Below are positions 59,943 to 64,000 of a DNA stretch of 64,000 bases, in pieces. The notes beneath the pieces are model-generated. The model was given only the letters and a program-made list of their open reading frames with translations, searched no databases and was not told the DNA's origin. Position 1 is the stretch's first letter. Each line of letters starts with the position of its first letter. Source of the DNA: an uncultured delta proteobacterium (GTDB lineage Bacteria; Desulfobacterota; Binatia; UBA9968); NCBI GenBank assembly GCA_963745835.1, contig CAVUZH010000022.1, forward strand, positions 320,001-384,000. The letters run 5' to 3'. A program made the position numbers and the translations under genes.

Positions 59943-61511
59943 TTAGGTTGAAAGCGCGCCGGCGGCCCTTTTAGCTTTTTTCTTGGCTGCCGGGATCCGC
60001 AGCTGGCGCAACGCCTTAGCCTCGATCTGGCGCACGCGCTCACGGGTAATCAAAAACATGTCGCCAATCTCCTGCAAGGTGTGCTCCCGGGTAAGGTCGA
60101 TACCAAACCGGTGCCGCAACACGGTTTGTTGCCGCGGATTGAGAATCGATAAAGATTGTCTGGTAACGGAACAAAGGTCGTTTTTTAAAAGTTCGTCCGC
60201 AGGGTCCTGAGCGCGTCGGTCCCTGGCGTAATGCTGCAGTGTTTCTTCGGAATTCTCGCCAAGCGGCGCCTGCAACGACAGATGCTCACTTGGCAGTGTA
60301 ATGATTCTTCGAATCTCCTGAAGGCTAAGGCCGGTATCAGCGGCCATATCTTCCGGCAGAGGGGTTCTGCCGAGCCTTTGCGCGAGGTCCTCGAAGCTGC
60401 GCCGCAACTTGCTCCTGGCTTCCACGATGTGAGCGGGAATCCGAATCATATGTCCGGAATCAACCATGCTGCGAGCGATAAATTGCCGTATCCACCAGGT
60501 GGCATAGGTGGAAAAACGATATCCCAGACGGTGGTCGAACTTCTCGGCCGCCCGCATCAAACCGATGTTTCCCTCCTGAATCAAGTCTGCGAGATCCACA
60601 TTGAAACGGCGGAACCGTTTGGCAATGCTGACCACCAAACGGAGGTTACCCTCGGTGAAAAGCTTTTTCGCCGTATCTACTTGTTGCTCACCGTCCGATA
60701 TTGCATCGACATGACGTTTGAGCTCTTCGGAACTCACACCGGTTTTTTGTTCGATCTCCTTTATTTCCCGCAGGCAAGCTTCTCGCTCAGCTCCAGCAGA
60801 GTCCGCCAGCAACCTTTCGCAGGCAATGGTGCGGCGCGCCGACTGCCGCAACGATTCGGCGATTACCGTGAGTTGCAGCCGTGTTAAACCGAGATCGCGG
60901 AGCATGCCGACGATTTTTTGGGCTTCCCTGGCGATAGTTCGCCGCAGTAACCAGCGCGCTCGTTGGGACGGTTTTTTTGCCCGCGCTTTGCGCTGCAGCG
61001 CTTCGATGTTTCTCAGGCGCCTCCTTATCGAGCGTACCGATTTCAAAAATGCGTCTCTCGTATCCACTTGGAATTTGACAGGCGCGCCACCGGTGTCGTC
61101 TTCTCTTGTCAGCCCCTCGATAACGTCAGACACGCGGATCTCGTCGTTTTGTACTTTGTCAGCCAAGTCGAGCACATGCCGGGAAGCTATCGGCGTAGAA
61201 AGGATGCTTTCGAGGATTTTGGATTCGCCGTCTTCCCTGAGTTTGGCAATGTCAATCTCTTGCTGATGCGTGAGCAACTGAAAAGAGCGAATTTCGTTCA
61301 AGTAGATCGATAAGGGCTCGTTGCCGGCAGTCGCCTCCGTTTCCTCCGCCTCCTGCCGCCCGTCATCGGAGACGCTATTCGACTCAGGCGCTGACGGCTC
61401 ACCCAGATCGACTTCCGCCTGATCCTCCTCGAGCTGATCTTCTGTGCGAGAAGGTTGCAGAGAGCTGGCAAGGGAAGCGCTGTTCGCGCGGAAAGCGGAC
61501 TCTAAATCCAT
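59943..61511 (-). CDS. RpoD/SigA-family sigma factor (probably a non-primary paralog)
   Basis: Region 1.2 YLNEI...[48 protein letters not shown]. Confidence 0.92.
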   Translation of the reverse strand: MDLESAFRANSASLASSLQPSRTEDQLEEDQAEVDLGEPSAPESNSVSDDGRQEAEETEATAGNEPLSIYLNEIRSFQLLTHQQEIDIAKLREDGESKILESILSTPIASRHVLDLADKVQNDEIRVSDVIEGLTREDDTGGAPVKFQVDTRDAFLKSVRSIRRRLRNIEALQRKARAKKPSQRARWLLRRTIAREAQKIVGMLRDLGLTRLQLTVIAESLRQSARRTIACERLLADSAGAEREACLREIKEIEQKTGVSSEELKRHVDAISDGEQQVDTAKKLFTEGNLRLVVSIAKRFRRFNVDLADLIQEGNIGLMRAAEKFDHRLGYRFSTYATWWIRQFIARSMVDSGHMIRIPAHIVEARSKLRRSFEDLAQRLGRTPLPEDMAADTGLSLQEIRRIITLPSEHLSLQAPLGENSEETLQHYARDRRAQDPADELLKNDLCSVTRQSLSILNPRQQTVLRHRFGIDLTREHTLQEIGDMFLITRERVRQIEAKALRQLRIPAAKKKAKRAAGALST

Positions 61512-61571
61512 CGTAATCAACTCCTCGGCAAAACAACAACACACAGGCAGGATGAGACGCGTTTGAGTAGG

Positions 61572-61586
61572 GCAACAAATATGCCA
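61572..61586 (-). promoter_or_regulatory. sigma54 promoter of the RpoD-like gene
   Basis: Minus strand TGGCATATTTGTTGC. Confidence 0.72.
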
Positions 61587-61723
61587 TTGTCTTTAGAAGA
61601 CAGAAGCCAGCTCTGTGATTCTCATGTAGCGCGGATCGGACAGGAAGCACTCTTGTTGTAGCGGCAGCAGGACGCATAACAGCGACCCAAAAAGTTGTCA
61701 TACGACAAACGAAGCATGGTTCG

Positions 61724-61738
61724 TGGCATATGCCTTGC
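61724..61738 (+). promoter_or_regulatory. sigma54 promoter upstream of sucA
   Basis: TGGCATATGCCTTGC. Confidence 0.68.
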
Positions 61739-61919
61739 TGAAATTTTCCTCACTAGCAAACTGTTAACACCAGCGTGGTGAACTGCGCTTCATATTGAAG
61801 CAATCATCGCTCTCCTGACCAAATAGAGGCTCATGAAAACTTCCGCGCCAATTGCCCAACTATATTCCGCGGAGAATCTTGTCTGTTGATTGGATTTTTT
61901 TTTCTGATTTGATTCGATC

Positions 61920-64000
61920 ATGAACAGCAAGATCCAACCGGTCTCCAATTCAGCTAATCTGGCTTATATAGAAGCGCTTTACGCCGCTTACGTTGTCGAT
62001 CCATCGTCGGTAGATCAGGAATGGCGCACCTACTTCGCCGCGCTCAACGGCGATGCTTCCGACGGCCAAACCACGCCGATGCCATCGACCAGTGAAGGCA
62101 ATGGCGTCGTCGCGCATGCAAGTGGCTCGGCAAGCAGCGTCGCGTCTCGCGCCTCTACCTTACAAGAACAAGTCAACGAGATGATCAGAGCGTTTCGCAG
62201 TCTCGGGCATAAAGCGGCCAACATCGATCCGCTTGACTTATCCAGTGATCCGCAACCTTCTCTCGATCCGGAGTTTTATGGCCTCACCGTCGATGACATG
62301 AAGCGGCTTTTTCCCGGCGTTGGGTTGCCTTGGAACGGCCCGTTGACAATCGGCGAGATTGTCGAGCGTTTGCGTCGTACTTACTGCGGCGCCATCGGTG
62401 TGGAGTTCATGCATATCGACGAGCCGGCAGTTCGAAATTGGCTGCAGCGGCGCATGGAAGAAAGCCAGAATCATCTTGAGCTGAGTCACAAGCAAAAGCT
62501 GAGGATTCTCGCACGTCTCACTGACGCGGTCACGTTCGAAGAATTCGTCAGAAAAAAATTCGTTGGCGCCAAAAGCTTTTCACTGGAGGGCGCCGAAAGC
62601 CTCATACCGTTGCTGGATTTTGCCATCAATCACGCGGCGCGTGACGGTTTGCAGGAAATCGTCCTGGCAATGGCCCACCGCGGCCGCTTGAATGTCCTCG
62701 CCAACATCATCGGTAAGAGCCCGTGGGAGATTTTTCGTGAATTCGACGATCCTCTCACGGCCGAAAGTGGCGGCGGCGATGTCAAGTACCACCTGGGCTA
62801 CAGCAATGATTACGAATTGGCCTCCGGCGAGAAAATTCATCTTTCGCTTTGTTTCAATCCCAGCCATCTGGAATTCGTCAATCCGGTCGCCGTAGGTCGC
62901 ATGCGCGCCAAGCAGGACCGCGTCGGGGATCAGCAACACGGCCGTGGCATGGCGCTGCTGATTCATGGCGACGCGGCTTTCGCCGGCGAAGGAGTGACTC
63001 AGGAAACGCTAAACCTGAGTCAGCTGGAGGGCTATAGCATCGGCGGTGTGCTGCACGTGGTGATAAACAACCAAATCGGATTCACAACATCCCCCAAAGA
63101 AGCGCGTTCAAGCCGCTACGCTACGGATGTTGCCAAGATGTTGCAGGTGCCGATTTTTCACGTCAACGGGGATGATCCCGAAGCGGTCGCGCAGGTGGTC
63201 GGCTTGGCGATGGATTTCCGGCGCACGTTTAAACGGGATGCGGTGATCGATATGTATGGCTATCGCCGCTGGGGCCACAACGAGGGCGATGAACCGACGT
63301 TTACGCAACCGAGACTCTATCAAGCGATTAAGAAGCATCGGCCGGTGCGCGATCTCTATTTGGAAAAACTGCTGCGGGAAAAAATCATCGATGCCGGTGA
63401 GGCAAACCGGTTGGTGGCGCAGCGCCGGAGCGATCTGGAGAACGAATTGGCGCGGGCACGCAGCACCAGCGCCGTTCCCACGCCGCAGAGTTTTGGCAGC
63501 TTCTGGGCCGGGTACTCCGGTGGACTGGAACCGGCAGCGGCACCGGTCCCTACTGCGGTGAAGCGAGAACGGCTCTCGGCGTTGCTTGAAGCTCTGGCGC
63601 GCATCCCTAAAGATTTTCAGCCGCATCCAAAGATCAAACGCGGAATAGAGCTGCGTCAAGAAATGGCCCGTGGAACACGGCCCATCGACTGGTCCGCCGC
63701 AGAAGCTTTGGCGTTTGCGAGTTTAGCCGTCCAAGGAATCAGGGTACGCTTGTCCGGGCAGGACAGCGCGCGCGGGACTTTCAGCCATCGTCATGCGCTG
63801 CTGCGTGATTACCACGATGGGCACGCTTATGTTCCGCTGCAGCACCTGCAGCGCGGCCAAGCTCCGGTGGAGATCATTAACAGCCCGCTTTCCGAAACCG
63901 GTGTTTTGGGTTTCGAATATGGCTACAGTCTTGATTATCCCGAGGCTCTGACTTTGTGGGAAGCGCAGTTCGGCGATTTCGTCAATGCTGCGCAAGTCAT
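61920..64000 (+). CDS. sucA: 2-oxoglutarate dehydrogenase E1 component (runs off the window end)
   Basis: Hand translation from ATG 61920: YIEALY...DPSSVDQEW, FSLEG, MAHRGRLN, GDVKYHLG, NPSHLE, HGDAAF, SGQDSARGTFSHRH, WEAQFGDF. Confidence 0.95.
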   Translation, partial: MNSKIQPVSNSANLAYIEALYAAYVVDPSSVDQEWRTYFAALNGDASDGQTTPMPSTSEGNGVVAHASGSASSVASRASTLQEQVNEMIRAFRSLGHKAANIDPLDLSSDPQPSLDPEFYGLTVDDMKRLFPGVGLPWNGPLTIGEIVERLRRTYCGAIGVEFMHIDEPAVRNWLQRRMEESQNHLELSHKQKLRILARLTDAVTFEEFVRKKFVGAKSFSLEGAESLIPLLDFAINHAARDGLQEIVLAMAHRGRLNVLANIIGKSPWEIFREFDDPLTAESGGGDVKYHLGYSNDYELASGEKIHLSLCFNPSHLEFVNPVAVGRMRAKQDRVGDQQHGRGMALLIHGDAAFAGEGVTQETLNLSQLEGYSIGGVLHVVINNQIGFTTSPKEARSSRYATDVAKMLQVPIFHVNGDDPEAVAQVVGLAMDFRRTFKRDAVIDMYGYRRWGHNEGDEPTFTQPRLYQAIKKHRPVRDLYLEKLLREKIIDAGEANRLVAQRRSDLENELARARSTSAVPTPQSFGSFWAGYSGGLEPAAAPVPTAVKRERLSALLEALARIPKDFQPHPKIKRGIELRQEMARGTRPIDWSAAEALAFASLAVQGIRVRLSGQDSARGTFSHRHALLRDYHDGHAYVPLQHLQRGQAPVEIINSPLSETGVLGFEYGYSLDYPEALTLWEAQFGDFVNAAQV

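Noticed and set aside
62030-63995. Short ORFs listed over the final 2 kb
   Set aside because: They are shadows of sucA, which the ORF track missed because it has no stop in the window.
1-64000. Prophage, integrase, transposase, tRNA/rRNA or defence systems
   Set aside because: No supporting motifs were seen in any ORF or intergenic region.

Overview
Bacterial chromosomal window of moderate GC. The gene style (several orphan NMT1/SsuA-type binding proteins, ornithine cyclodeaminase and amidohydrolase families, many sigma54 promoters) suggests a soil deltaproteobacterium-like lineage such as Candidatus Binatia; this is inference only. Recognisable content: an NHEJ module (Ku, a coupled MerR-HTH/TPR gene, a stand-alone LigD polymerase domain), nadE, tenA, a BzdR/BoxR-like regulator with a lone PaaA-like di-iron protein, a carotenoid-modifying trio, two tandem secreted heme-motif proteins, Hsp20, glgE-treS/mak-glgB, a block dense in sigma54 promoters with an NtrC-type activator and an RpoD-like sigma factor, and the 5' part of sucA. 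The most unusual part is the 19.2-30.4 kb redox island. An ECF sigma and an anti-sigma carrying a C-terminal CxxCH sit divergent from an operon. That operon encodes a cupredoxin-like protein, a Tat metallophosphoesterase, a mini SoxA/TsdA-like cytochrome, a fused SoxYZ-like carrier, a pentaheme cytochrome with an in-frame TGA and a SECIS-like hairpin (probable selenocysteine), and a divergent cbb3-like heme-copper oxidase set; a CtaG gene converges on it. No rRNA, tRNA or CRISPR array was seen. All assignments come from motif reading by eye; no database searches were run.
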